Part shown: in pieces, positions 38,259 through 48,171 of the stretch
Numbering within the stretch: position 1 is the stretch's first letter
Layout: each line of letters starts with the position of its first letter
Origin: Trueperaceae bacterium
GTDB taxonomy: Bacteria; Deinococcota; Deinococci; Deinococcales; Trueperaceae
DNA length: 64,000 nucleotides
Reading direction: 5' to 3'
NCBI GenBank assembly: GCA_040905465.1
Contig: JBBDRK010000049.1
Coordinates: 32,001 to 96,000 of the forward strand
The notes under the pieces: generated by a model
Databases searched by the model: none
Seen by the model: the letters and a program-made list of their open reading frames with translations, nothing else
What the model was told of the DNA's origin: nothing
Made by a program: the position numbers and the translations under genes

Positions 38259-38348
38259 CTGTGGTCACGAGTCGAGCAACTGTCGTGATCCCGGAAGAGC
38301 CCACGTACACCGGTGCGGCGTGCGGTCCGCTGGTTTAACCTTTTGTGC

Positions 38349-39455
38349 ATGAACAGCAAGAGACCGCGAGCTCGTCAGCTCGGTGTACCGTTCGACGGCC
38401 TCACGGGTCGACTGAACGCCATTACCGACGTAGCCGGCTTGGAGGTCGGAAACTGCACGGTCATGAGCGGAGGTCCAACGCACGCCCCCGAGGCTCCCAC
38501 TGTCAGAACGGGTGTAACGGCCATCCACCCGCTAGGCAAGGTGGCGCACCGGGGAGTTGCCGCCGGCTGGTTTGCGCTCAACGGAAACGGCGAGATGACC
38601 GGGACGACTTTCATCGACGAATTCGGGGCGTTCTTCGGTCCCGTGGTGCTCACCAACACCCTCAGTCTCGGAATTGCTCGTGATGCCGTGGTGGAGTGGT
38701 CGCGAGACCGGTTGAAGGATCCTCTAGCCCTGATTGCGCGAACCACTCCTGTCGCTGCGGAAACATGGGACGGCAAGTTGAACGATATATACGGCTTCCA
38801 TGTCGGCAAAGAGCATGTGTTCAGCGCCCTGTCGGAGGCTGTTGGCGGTCCGGTAGCGGAAGGGAACGTCGGCGGTGGAACCGGCATGACCGCTTACGAC
38901 TTCAAGGCCGGCATCGGGACCTCATCCCGTCGAGTCGAAGCCGAACCGGGAACGTTCACCGTCGGCGTCCTGGTTCAAGCAAACTACGGAAAGCGGCACC
39001 AATTGACTATTGCCGGGGTGCCTATCGGCAGGGAGATTACCGACCTCATGCCGGCGGCTCAGCCGAAGGCGGCTGGCGACGGCTCGATAATCGTCGTCAT
39101 TGCTACAGATGCGCCGCTGTTGCCTTCACAACTTAAGCCGCTGGCAAAGCGCGCTTCACTCGGCTTGGCGCGAAACGGCAGCATCGCTGCAAACACATCA
39201 GGCGACATATTCCTCGCCTGTTCAACCGCGAACACAGTCAGTTACGGCAGTCGGGGCATTCAACGGTTCGACTTCATACCGACCGAGTCTCTCGATCCGT
39301 TCTTCTCGTCTACGGTGGAGGCGACCGAGGAGGCCGTGATAAACGCCCTCCTGGCTGCCGAGACCATGACCGGCCTTAACGGCGTCACCTATCACGCACT
39401 GCCCCACCGACGGCTGCAGCAGGTGTTGCGCAGCTATCATCGCCTGCTGGAGTGA
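38349..39455 (+). CDS. dmpA: DmpA/P1 family (peptidase S58) aminopeptidase
   Basis: NAITDVAG, RTGVTAI, NGNGEMTG, EGNVGGGTGM, GDG/SIIVVIATDAP autoproteolysis site, SGDI. Confidence 0.9.
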   Translation: MNSKRPRARQLGVPFDGLTGRLNAITDVAGLEVGNCTVMSGGPTHAPEAPTVRTGVTAIHPLGKVAHRGVAAGWFALNGNGEMTGTTFIDEFGAFFGPVVLTNTLSLGIARDAVVEWSRDRLKDPLALIARTTPVAAETWDGKLNDIYGFHVGKEHVFSALSEAVGGPVAEGNVGGGTGMTAYDFKAGIGTSSRRVEAEPGTFTVGVLVQANYGKRHQLTIAGVPIGREITDLMPAAQPKAAGDGSIIVVIATDAPLLPSQLKPLAKRASLGLARNGSIAANTSGDIFLACSTANTVSYGSRGIQRFDFIPTESLDPFFSSTVEATEEAVINALLAAETMTGLNGVTYHALPHRRLQQVLRSYHRLLE

Positions 39456-39554
39456 AGGAGGACAGTCTTCGCGCGAGCAGTTAGCATCGGCACCAGTCCG
39501 AGTGCGGCTGGGACGCCACGAAGACGCCCCCGACCGCACCTCTGGAAGCTGCAG

Positions 39555-41135
39555 CTACTCCTGCTTGCTCACTCCATTCAACGGTGGCAGCGCCGGACCC
39601 AATGGGCTCACCTGGAAGCCGCTGACGATCGTCCTAGTGGCATTGACGCTCGAAGTATGGGCGACCGGCAGCGAAGGCATCTGATCGTGGACGCGCTCCA
39701 GGGCCTGCTCATACAGTTGCTGGCGTTCGTCCTGGGTGGGTGCTTGGCGGGCCCGTTCGAGCAAGTCGATGGTCTCTGGGTCGTCCCAGCCCAGCGCAGC
39801 GGGCGCGCTCGGCCCGAAGAACGTATAGAGGAAATTGTCGGGGTCGGCGTAGTCGGCGTTCCAACCGAGCATGTACATCGGGAACTTGCCGGTGTTGTAG
39901 TCGCCGAGGTAGGTCGTCCAGTCTTCCGTCATCAGTTCTGCATCGATGCCTACATCTGCCAGGTAGGAAGCCATGGTCTCGGCGATCGGCTGCGGTGATG
40001 GGTAATATGGTCGGCTCACCGGCATGTACCAAAGCTCGGTGTTGAAGCCGTTCGGATGGCCCGCTTCTTCCAACAACTGGCGAGCCCTCTCCGGATCGTA
40101 TGGATACGGCTCGGAGTCGGCATGCCCCCACAGGGTCGGTGGCAAGAAATCGACCGCCACAGAACCGAGGCCCCCATAGAAAGCCTCGACTATCGCTTCC
40201 CGGTCGATGGCATGAGCTATAGCAATCCTGACGCGCTCGTCGTCGAACGGCTCATTCGCCTGATGCATCCCAAGGTAGCCAACGTTCAACTCCGCTTCGG
40301 CCACGACCGGCTCCAGGTCTGCAGACTCCTCGATGATGGCGAGATCGTCAGCGGCCATGTTGACGGCTATATCGATCGATCCGGCCAGGAGCTCCGTCAA
40401 CCGGGCGGTGGGATCCTCGATACCTCGAAATATCACCTGCTCTACCTGCGCGACGTCGCCCCAGTAGTCGGAGTTGCGCTCGACTACCAGCCTCTCCCCC
40501 TCGCGCCACTCCACGAACGCGAACGGCCCGGTGCCGACACTTCCGGTGCCCGGCATTCCGTAGGCGCCGCCGGCTTCCATAACGGCAGTCGGGCTGTCGA
40601 TCTGAAAGTAGATTGCAGCCAGCATGCTGGGCAGGAGGCCGACCGGCTCGGCCATTACGAGTTCGACGGTGTGGTCGTCGACAACGCGCACTTCCTCGAG
40701 AATGCTGCCGTCACCCTTGAAGCCACCGAAGACCCAGGTCCAGGGCACGAAAGTCTTGCCCTCGTCCCGATAGCCGTGCGGATGGCTTTCGTCGTTCCAC
40801 CTGTCCAGGTTGAACTTCACCGCCTCCGCGTCGAAGAGCGTGCCATCATGAAAGGCTACCCCTTCACGGAGTTCGAGGGTCCACACGGTGGCATCGTCGT
40901 TCGCCGACCATGAGGTCGCCAGAGCGGGCGCGAGTCCGGTGCCTCCTCTCTCGAAACCGATCAACCTCTCGGTGATGTTGACGCTCACCGTCAGAGAATT
41001 ACCGTCCTGCGAATCCACCGAATCCAGCGTCGTCGGAAAGCCGCTCTGTCCGTAGACCAACGTCTGGGCAGCGGCGAAACCGCTTCCCAACAAGACCAGA
41101 CCGGCGGTAACGAAAGCGAGTGTTCTCCTCATCAT
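39555..41135 (-). CDS. Peptide ABC transporter substrate-binding protein (family 5), stand-alone
   Basis: PALATSW, LREGVAFHDG, GTGPF, WYMPVSRPY, GWNADYADPDNF. Confidence 0.92.
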   Translation of the reverse strand: MMRRTLAFVTAGLVLLGSGFAAAQTLVYGQSGFPTTLDSVDSQDGNSLTVSVNITERLIGFERGGTGLAPALATSWSANDDATVWTLELREGVAFHDGTLFDAEAVKFNLDRWNDESHPHGYRDEGKTFVPWTWVFGGFKGDGSILEEVRVVDDHTVELVMAEPVGLLPSMLAAIYFQIDSPTAVMEAGGAYGMPGTGSVGTGPFAFVEWREGERLVVERNSDYWGDVAQVEQVIFRGIEDPTARLTELLAGSIDIAVNMAADDLAIIEESADLEPVVAEAELNVGYLGMHQANEPFDDERVRIAIAHAIDREAIVEAFYGGLGSVAVDFLPPTLWGHADSEPYPYDPERARQLLEEAGHPNGFNTELWYMPVSRPYYPSPQPIAETMASYLADVGIDAELMTEDWTTYLGDYNTGKFPMYMLGWNADYADPDNFLYTFFGPSAPAALGWDDPETIDLLERARQAPTQDERQQLYEQALERVHDQMPSLPVAHTSSVNATRTIVSGFQVSPLGPALPPLNGVSKQE

Positions 41136-41413
41136 TGCCTCCATCATTGCCTCCCAAACAAAGTGCGTTATGGCTTTGCCCCTTTTGGGCTGCGAACCCG
41201 GCCCGGCTGCCTTGGCGGAACGTTCCCTGGAAAGTTCGAGTGACGTCGGTTCTTCATGCCGCTGCACTGCGAGTAGAGCCGGCGAGTCGCGAGCACGAGC
41301 CCAAATAACACTTCGGCGCCTGTGGCGAGATGGTAGCACGGTGACTGCTACCCTCGCCGGCGCACCCAGCTTCGCCGAAACGTCTGATCGAACTCCCACT
41401 CACGGCAGCCTGA

Positions 41414-42832
41414 TCAAACCAGGAAGGCACTCGAGTCTGGCCATCTGGCCGGTGGAAGCAGCTCCTCGATCGCCCGGCTGAGGGTCAGGAGTTCCCTCTC
41501 GGCATGGGGCCGGCCCATGAGCTGAAGTCCCACCGGCAGTGGCGATTCTTTGTCGGTAACCGGCAGCGAGGTCGCGCAAAGACCGAAGGTGTTGGCGGGG
41601 CGGGTGTTGCGAAGCGCCGCATACTCTACGCTCCTCCGTTTATCCCGGTCTTCCATGCCTTCCAGGCTCATGGGGAGCATTTGGCGGGTGGGGGTTATCC
41701 AGGCATCGAACCCCTGCAAGCGATCGCCGGCTATCAGGCAAAGCTCGCCGTGACGGCGCAGTGCAGCAATATAGGTATCAGCCTTCATCTCGAGCGCGGT
41801 AGAAGCAGAAGCGAAGGCAACCTCACCGATGGTGCCCTGTGCGCTCAGGAAGCGGTCGCTACCTAACGTGGTGAGCAGTTCGGCTGGACTCACGACCAGG
41901 TTTATTCCCGGGCACTCGGAAGCCTCGGGAATGTCGACCTCGACCAGATTGGCGCCGGCATGTGCCAAAAGGTCGAGCGCGCTGTTCATCGAGCGCTCGA
42001 CGTGAGGATCGAGGTCGTCGAAGAAGTAGTTGCGCGGCACACCCAGGCGAACGGTCGACAAGTCGCCCTGGCGAACTCGCGACAGGCCGGCGACTGCCGC
42101 TGAATCCCCGGAGAGCGTCTCGAAGGTCAGCGCCGCGTCTGCTGCGCTGCGGGCATTGATCCCAACCGTGTCCATCGTTGGCGAAAGCGGGAACAAGCCG
42201 TCGGTGGGCCAGCGGCCCGCCGTCGTCTTCAATCCGAAGATTCCACAGAATGCGGCCGGTCCGCGAATCGATCCACCGGTGTCAGTTCCGAACGCAACGG
42301 CGCACATGCCTGCCGCCACCGCCACTGCCGAACCACTGCTCGATCCGCCGGGCGCCAGATGATGTTCCGACTCCCAGGGGTTCCACGGTGAGCCACGCGA
42401 AGGGTTGTAACCGAGTGTACCCAGCGCGAACTCATCTGTCCTGGTCTTACCCAGCAGAACCAAGCCTGCGCGTCGCAACGCAGATACGAAGCTCCCCTCG
42501 CCCCCCACCAGATCACTAACATCGAGATTTGAGCCGGCAGTGAGGGGCATACCCTCGATGACGAACAGGTCCTTTACCGCGACCGGAACACCCATTAGTG
42601 AGCCCAGGTCGGTACCGGCAGCGAGAAGGGCGTCCATCGCTCGCGCAGTCTCTATCGCCTGCTCGTCGGCCACGTGCTCAAATGCGCCCAACCGACCGTC
42701 GAGCAAGCGGATGCGATCCAGGTAGCTACGGGTTATCGCCTCGCTGGTTGTCTCGCCACGCCGATAGCTCCGTGCGAATTCGCCAAGTCCACCTGCCTCC
42801 AACGGATCTGGTGGCAGCTCACTGATGCTCAT
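41414..42832 (-). CDS. Amidase-signature family enzyme
   Basis: [30 protein letters not shown]. Confidence 0.93.
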   Translation of the reverse strand: MSISELPPDPLEAGGLGEFARSYRRGETTSEAITRSYLDRIRLLDGRLGAFEHVADEQAIETARAMDALLAAGTDLGSLMGVPVAVKDLFVIEGMPLTAGSNLDVSDLVGGEGSFVSALRRAGLVLLGKTRTDEFALGTLGYNPSRGSPWNPWESEHHLAPGGSSSGSAVAVAAGMCAVAFGTDTGGSIRGPAAFCGIFGLKTTAGRWPTDGLFPLSPTMDTVGINARSAADAALTFETLSGDSAAVAGLSRVRQGDLSTVRLGVPRNYFFDDLDPHVERSMNSALDLLAHAGANLVEVDIPEASECPGINLVVSPAELLTTLGSDRFLSAQGTIGEVAFASASTALEMKADTYIAALRRHGELCLIAGDRLQGFDAWITPTRQMLPMSLEGMEDRDKRRSVEYAALRNTRPANTFGLCATSLPVTDKESPLPVGLQLMGRPHAERELLTLSRAIEELLPPARWPDSSAFLV

Positions 42833-42973
42833 CGATATCTCCTCCTACAGGGCGCCAACTGGAACGGCGAGGATGATAACCTACCCCCCGAAACGCCGCC
42901 GGACTCGGTGCCCATGATCCACATTCGGGGCTGCAGTACGCCGTCGCACATCAGCGTCAGGAGGGGAAGCGAC

Positions 42974-44062
42974 ATCAGCACTCGCATCGTTCTTACCGCC
43001 GCCGGAGACATAGTCGTGAGGCACCGCCTCTTCGAGCAGGACCGTCTCCTTCACCCCCCCTACCAGAAGACCATCGACTTCATGGCCAGTGGCGACCTCG
43101 CCTGGGGTTCCTGCGAAGTCCAATTCTCCGAGCGGGGATTTCGCACCGACTCGCTGGTCGCCTACCTGGTCGAACCCGAGGTCGCCTTGGACCTGGGCCG
43201 GGCGGGGTTCGACGTCATGACCGTCGCCACCAACCACACCTGGGACTTTGGCCCCGACGCCTTCCTCGACACCCTCGAGAACCTCCGCAGGGGCGGGATC
43301 ACATCCGTGGGTGGGGGAAGCGACCTCGACCAGGCGCTGTCCCCGGTCGTTTTCGAGCGCAACGGAATGAAACTGGGCATCGTAGCAGTATCCTGCCTGC
43401 TCCCGCCCTACTACGCTGCCACGGCCGAGCGGCCCGGAATTGCGCCGCTACGCGTTCACCAGTCGCACCGCTTCGATCCGCTGCGCATGATGATCGAACC
43501 CAGCGCGCCCCTGTCCATATCCAGCTCCATCGACAACGACGACTGGCGGGCGCTCACCGATCAGATTGAGGCTCTCGAGAGTCAGGTCGACTTCGTGTTG
43601 GTGAGCGTGCACTGGGGTTACGGGCGCGGCGAACCGCTTGCCGACTACCAGCAACCGCTGGGGCGCGCACTCATCGATGCAGGTGCCCACATGGTCCTGG
43701 GCAACCACACCCACAGTCCCAGTGGGATAGAGCTGCACGAAGGACGTCCCATCATCTACGGGTTGGGCAATCACATCGCTCAGCAGGACCGTACCGGCGC
43801 GAACGAGGTGCAGAAAGCGGTGTTCGCCGACATCGACGAATGGTCTTCTTTGGCGCGCTTCACGCTCGCGCCCGGGCGTGTCGAGCGAATCGAAGTCATA
43901 CCCACCTGGTGCGATGAGAGCGGGTTACCGATACCGATAACCGATGCCAAGGAGGCCGGGGCAGTACTGGGTCGTATCGCCCGACTGAGCGGAGAACTGG
44001 GCACCAGGCTCGAGGTCGACGGGTTGGCGGGCGAAGTGGTACTTGCCCAGGAGAAGGGGTGA
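42974..44062 (+). CDS. CapA-family metallophosphoesterase-like protein (start uncertain)
   Basis: AAGDIV, VATNHTWDFG, SVHWG, GNHTH, IYGLGN. The RBS points to ATC at 42974; the alternative is ATG at 42914. Confidence 0.8.
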   Translation: MSTRIVLTAAGDIVVRHRLFEQDRLLHPPYQKTIDFMASGDLAWGSCEVQFSERGFRTDSLVAYLVEPEVALDLGRAGFDVMTVATNHTWDFGPDAFLDTLENLRRGGITSVGGGSDLDQALSPVVFERNGMKLGIVAVSCLLPPYYAATAERPGIAPLRVHQSHRFDPLRMMIEPSAPLSISSSIDNDDWRALTDQIEALESQVDFVLVSVHWGYGRGEPLADYQQPLGRALIDAGAHMVLGNHTHSPSGIELHEGRPIIYGLGNHIAQQDRTGANEVQKAVFADIDEWSSLARFTLAPGRVERIEVIPTWCDESGLPIPITDAKEAGAVLGRIARLSGELGTRLEVDGLAGEVVLAQEKG

Positions 44063-44072
44063 GGTCAAAGGC

Positions 44073-44825
44073 ATGCGAGAGATAATCGATTCGCACACTC
44101 ACGTCGACATGAACGAGGCGTTCGGCTGGTTCGACCCGCCCGAGAGTATCCTCGAGCTGATGGACGAGGCGGGGATCGCCAAGGCGGTGATCATGACCTA
44201 CGCAGATGCTCCTGCGACCGGTAAGCACCCTCTCGAGTACATCGCCGGCGCCGTGAAGCAGTATCCCGACCGGCTCATCGGTTTCGCTCGCATGAATCCC
44301 TTCTATGGTGAACGCTCGAGTCGGCTGCTGGAGGAGGCCCTGACCGACCTGCGCTTCAAGGGACTGAAGATTCATCAGGAGAGCATCACCGCGGTTCCCT
44401 ACAATCCTGCCGTACTCGAACTGGTGCGGGTGGCGGCCAGGCACCGTGCTCCTGTCCTGTTCCACACCGGCGACGAAGCGATGAGCCTCCCGTTGCAGGT
44501 CGCCCGTTGTGCTCGGGCGGCGCCGGAAGCCACCATCATCATGGCGCACTGCGGCGGCTACTTCCATGCCGACGAGGCAATCGCGGTGGCCGAAGAGTAC
44601 GACAACCTGATGATCGACACCTCGGCGATTCCTTATCCCGACAAACTGGCTGAGGCCGTGAGGCGCCTGGGACCGCAGCGGGTCTTGTTCGGCAGCGACG
44701 GACCGGGCTGCAATCCCGCGCTCGAGCTGAGGAAGTTGGAGTTGGCCGGGCTTTCCGAGCGCGACATGGACCTGCTCCTGTGGGAGAACATGGCGTCGCT
44801 CCTCGATCGGGTGAAGCACGACTAG
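44073..44825 (+). CDS. Amidohydrolase_2 family protein
   Basis: IDSHTH, GLKIH, LFHTG, MAHCG, LFGSDGP. Confidence 0.9.
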   Translation: MREIIDSHTHVDMNEAFGWFDPPESILELMDEAGIAKAVIMTYADAPATGKHPLEYIAGAVKQYPDRLIGFARMNPFYGERSSRLLEEALTDLRFKGLKIHQESITAVPYNPAVLELVRVAARHRAPVLFHTGDEAMSLPLQVARCARAAPEATIIMAHCGGYFHADEAIAVAEEYDNLMIDTSAIPYPDKLAEAVRRLGPQRVLFGSDGPGCNPALELRKLELAGLSERDMDLLLWENMASLLDRVKHD

Positions 44826-44834
44826 GACGAGCTG

Positions 44835-45584
44835 ATGACTATCGACATTCACACTCATATCGGACAATCGATCTACGGCTATGGGCAGAGACCCCACGAG
44901 CTGATCGCCCGCATGGACCGCCTGGCAATCGAACGAGCAGTGGTTTGCCCGGTCCAGCCGATCGACTACCACCTCGAGCCGGCCAACGACGAGGTGGCCG
45001 CTGCTGTAAACGAGCACCCCGACAGGCTGCTGGGCTTTTGCCGCGTCGATCCCCGGCGGGGCGAGCGCGCTGTCGAAGAGCTCCGGCGAGCGGTATCGCA
45101 ACTGGGCCTCTCGGGCCTCTTCCTCCACCCCTGGGAGGAGGGCTACTCGGTAAACGATGAGAAGGTAGTGCGGGTAGTAGGAGTTGCCGGTGAGCTAGGC
45201 GTGCCGGTGATGATCGCTGCCGGCTATCCCTGGTACTCTCACCCGCTACAGGTTGCCGACTTGGCCCGCCGTTTTCCACGACAGAAGTTCCTGATGACAC
45301 ACGGCGGGCAACTGAACATCAGCGGGCTGGCCCAGCAGGATGCGATGACGGCGTTGAGCGAATGTCCCAACATCCTCATCGAGGTCTCCGGTGTGTACCG
45401 GCAGGATTTCATCGAGGGCGTGGTTCAGGGGCTGGGCGGAGAGCGGGTACTGTTTGGCAGTAACTCGCCTCAGATGCACCAGGAATTCGAGCTGGAACGC
45501 ATCCACTCAGTCAAGGTGACGGCGCAGGCGCGGGAACGAATCCTCGCCTACAACGCCCGGGAGTTGCTCGATATTCCCGATTGA
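44835..45584 (+). CDS. Amidohydrolase_2 family protein (divergent partner)
   Basis: IDIHTH, LFLHP, MTHGG, LFGSNSP. Confidence 0.88.
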   Translation: MTIDIHTHIGQSIYGYGQRPHELIARMDRLAIERAVVCPVQPIDYHLEPANDEVAAAVNEHPDRLLGFCRVDPRRGERAVEELRRAVSQLGLSGLFLHPWEEGYSVNDEKVVRVVGVAGELGVPVMIAAGYPWYSHPLQVADLARRFPRQKFLMTHGGQLNISGLAQQDAMTALSECPNILIEVSGVYRQDFIEGVVQGLGGERVLFGSNSPQMHQEFELERIHSVKVTAQARERILAYNARELLDIPD

Positions 45585-45597
45585 GTGCCTCGCTGAT

Positions 45598-46308
45598 TCA
45601 GCTGGTCTCGACCAGCGCCTCAACTCCGGCTTGGTACGCGCCCAACATTAGTTTCACTGCTCGGTGCAGGTGCTCCTGCAGGAGCTTCTCGAGTCGCTCC
45701 GGTGAATCTTTGCCCAGCGCATTGAGGATCTCCTGATGGAGGCGCGGGACCTCGGCAGGATCGGAATGGATCCCGAAATTGATGGCTATGAAGAACCTTG
45801 TCTGCAGGGAAATCGTCTTGAGAGTCTGCTGCAGCAGTGAATGGTTCGACAACCGCCAGATCTCGCGGTGGAACTCGAAGTCGAGGTGCAGGAGCTCCTG
45901 GTACTCCTCACGCTGAATACTGCTCCACATCGCACCTACTATTCCGTGAAGGGTGGAGAGATCGGCTGGAGTAACGCGCTCGGCAGCAAGTCTTACGGCG
46001 TATCCCTCGAGCATCGCTCTGAGGTCGTAGAGCTCCTCAAGGTCACGACTGGTCCACTCACGTATGACCGCTTGTCGTCCCGGCTCCTTGATCAGGAGGC
46101 CGTCCTTTTGCAGTTCAGCCAAGGCCTCGCGTACCGGAGAGCGACTTATTCCCATCTCTGCCGCCAGCTCCGCCTCGGCCAAACGGTCGCCGGGACGTAG
46201 CTCACCGGCGAACAGCTTGTTGGTAACGGCCTCGAGCACCTGCTCGGCTAGTGTTCCTCTGCGCAGGCGATTGAAGGAGTCTCTGCCACCGCGGTCCGGC
46301 TCGGTCAT
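45598..46308 (-). CDS. GntR family regulator (FCD domain)
   Basis: LRPGDRLAEAELAAEMGISRSPVREAL, LRAMLEG, DFEFH. Confidence 0.93.
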   Translation of the reverse strand: MTEPDRGGRDSFNRLRRGTLAEQVLEAVTNKLFAGELRPGDRLAEAELAAEMGISRSPVREALAELQKDGLLIKEPGRQAVIREWTSRDLEELYDLRAMLEGYAVRLAAERVTPADLSTLHGIVGAMWSSIQREEYQELLHLDFEFHREIWRLSNHSLLQQTLKTISLQTRFFIAINFGIHSDPAEVPRLHQEILNALGKDSPERLEKLLQEHLHRAVKLMLGAYQAGVEALVETS

Positions 46309-46411
46309 CGAAAGTCCCTCAGGTAGGCGGGTGGGGCAAAAGACATGGCCAGCCATCCTGCCGGTCCTGAACCGCTGCCGCCGCCGACCGGTTCGAATTG
46401 CTTGATCGGCC

Positions 46412-47902
46412 TCACACCTGGAGCACGAAGGGATCCTTCGTCTCTTCCGAGTAATCGATCCACACGTTCTTTATTCGGGTGTTCTCCCACAAGGCTTCTA
46501 TTCCGTTCTCCCGACCGTGCCCACTGTCCTTGTACCCTCCGAATGGTACGAGATGTGACGCTTCACGGTAAGTATTGACCCACACCGAGCCGGCGACGAT
46601 ACGATTGACCATACGCAGCGCACGGTTTATGTCCTGGGTCCATACCCCCGCGCTAAGACCGAAGCTGGTGTCGTTCGCAATCTGAACGCACTCCTCCTCG
46701 TCATCGAAGCGGAGCACGCAAAGCACTGGTCCAAAGACCTCTTCACGCAGCACCCGCATGCTTCCGTCGACGTTGTCGAGGATAGTCGGAGGGTAGAAGA
46801 GACTCTCCTTGCCGTCGCGCACGACCCGCTCTCCGCCGGTCAGAACCTTTGCACCCTTGGTGACCGCATCCTTGACCAGTTCGTCGATGCGCCGTACCTG
46901 CTGTTCGGAGACGATGGGCCCCATCTGCACATCGCTGTCCAGCGGATTGCCCATGTTGATCTTCGACGCGATCGCCACCAGCTTCTCCAGGAACTGCTCG
47001 GAGATAGTGCGCTCCACGAGCAGACGCGAGCCGGCACGGCAGGTCTGTCCGCCGGCGCTGAAGATTCCGCGAACCACTCCAATCAGTGCCTTGTCCATGT
47101 TGGCGTCGGCAAAGACGATGTTGGGCGACTTTCCGCCCAGTTCCAAGGTGACCGGCTTGAGGTTCTCTCCAGCGGCCCGGGCAACGTGACGGCCGGTCTC
47201 GGTGCCACCGGTGAAGGCGACCTTGTCGACACCGCTGCTGGTAGCAAGCGCGTCGCCCACCACCGCCCCCAAACCCGTGACCACGTTGATGACGCCGTTT
47301 GGAAAGCCCACCTCACTTGCCAGGCGAGCGAGCTCCAGGGTTGTGACCGGCGTCTGTTCGGCCGGTTTTACTACGACGGTGTTGCCGGCCGCCAGTGCCG
47401 GAGCGATCTTGTAGCTGAGCAACAGCAGGGGCGAGTTCCAGGGGACGATCGCTGCAATGACCCCGTAGGGTTCGCGCACCGTGTAGTCCAGCGTGTCCTT
47501 CTTGCCCAGAGGGATGCTGTGGCCAAAAATTATCTCGGAGAGACCGGCATAGAACTCGAACCACTTCGCCGAGGCCTTCATCTGCGATTTGGCTTCGGCC
47601 AGGAGCTTGCCGTTGGAGCGAGCTTCCATTTCGGCGAGACGTTCGGCATTGTCGCGGATCGCTGCTGCCAGCTTCCTCATCAAATCCCCGCGCTGGGAAG
47701 GAGCGCTCTCACCCCAACCGCCGTCGAAGGCTGCCCTGGCAGCAGCCACCGCCCGCTCGACGTCCTCGAGCCGACCTTCGGGAACCTGGGCCCAAGGCGT
47801 GCGGTCGAAGGGAAACTCGATTTCCATCGCCTTCTGGGTGTCGGGCGAGGTGAACTCGCCATCGATGAACATTCCGAAACGCATAACGTCCGCAGCTTTC
47901 AT
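46412..47902 (-). CDS. NAD(P)-dependent aldehyde dehydrogenase
   Basis: PWNSP, FTGGTETG, LELGGKSP, GQTC, EEVFGP, PFGGYKDSG. Confidence 0.95.
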   Translation of the reverse strand: MKAADVMRFGMFIDGEFTSPDTQKAMEIEFPFDRTPWAQVPEGRLEDVERAVAAARAAFDGGWGESAPSQRGDLMRKLAAAIRDNAERLAEMEARSNGKLLAEAKSQMKASAKWFEFYAGLSEIIFGHSIPLGKKDTLDYTVREPYGVIAAIVPWNSPLLLLSYKIAPALAAGNTVVVKPAEQTPVTTLELARLASEVGFPNGVINVVTGLGAVVGDALATSSGVDKVAFTGGTETGRHVARAAGENLKPVTLELGGKSPNIVFADANMDKALIGVVRGIFSAGGQTCRAGSRLLVERTISEQFLEKLVAIASKINMGNPLDSDVQMGPIVSEQQVRRIDELVKDAVTKGAKVLTGGERVVRDGKESLFYPPTILDNVDGSMRVLREEVFGPVLCVLRFDDEEECVQIANDTSFGLSAGVWTQDINRALRMVNRIVAGSVWVNTYREASHLVPFGGYKDSGHGRENGIEALWENTRIKNVWIDYSEETKDPFVLQV

Positions 47903-47915
47903 GGGTGCCTCCACT

Positions 47916-47928
47916 TTCTGTCGACAGT
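47916..47928. promoter_or_regulatory. Candidate GntR operator, copy 1
   Basis: TTCTGTCGACAGT (palindromic core CTGTCGACAG) just upstream of the ALDH start. Confidence 0.6.
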
Positions 47929-48106
47929 CGCCAGCCAATTGCACGGCAAGCATAGGAGCGAGCCGGCGGGATGTCAAGGACAATGCGACGCCCGCGAGCT
48001 GCGGCAGAGGCACAATATTCCCTCGCTGACGCGGTACTCGTACATTCAACGAGCGCTGTCGCGTTGACACCCAGGCCTGGGCCATGCTATTCGTTGACCG
48101 TTCACA

Positions 48107-48119
48107 TTCTGTCGACAGT
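48107..48119. promoter_or_regulatory. Candidate GntR operator, copy 2
   Basis: Identical TTCTGTCGACAGT upstream of the decarboxylase gene. Confidence 0.6.
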
Positions 48120-48171
48120 TTGCTGTCGCGCGACGGCGAGAACGTTTCCGGGATTCCCAGAAGGGGTTGAG

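Noticed and set aside
25440-38300. Prophage, integrative element or IS
   Set aside because: No integrase, transposase, phage gene, tRNA or terminal repeats recognised.
41130-41153. Duplicated CATCATTGCCTC at the SBP start
   Set aside because: A 12-bp duplication of the RBS and start region. It only makes the start ambiguous.
42974-44062. Poly-gamma-glutamate capsule locus
   Set aside because: No capB/capC nearby, no membrane anchor, and the context is catabolic.
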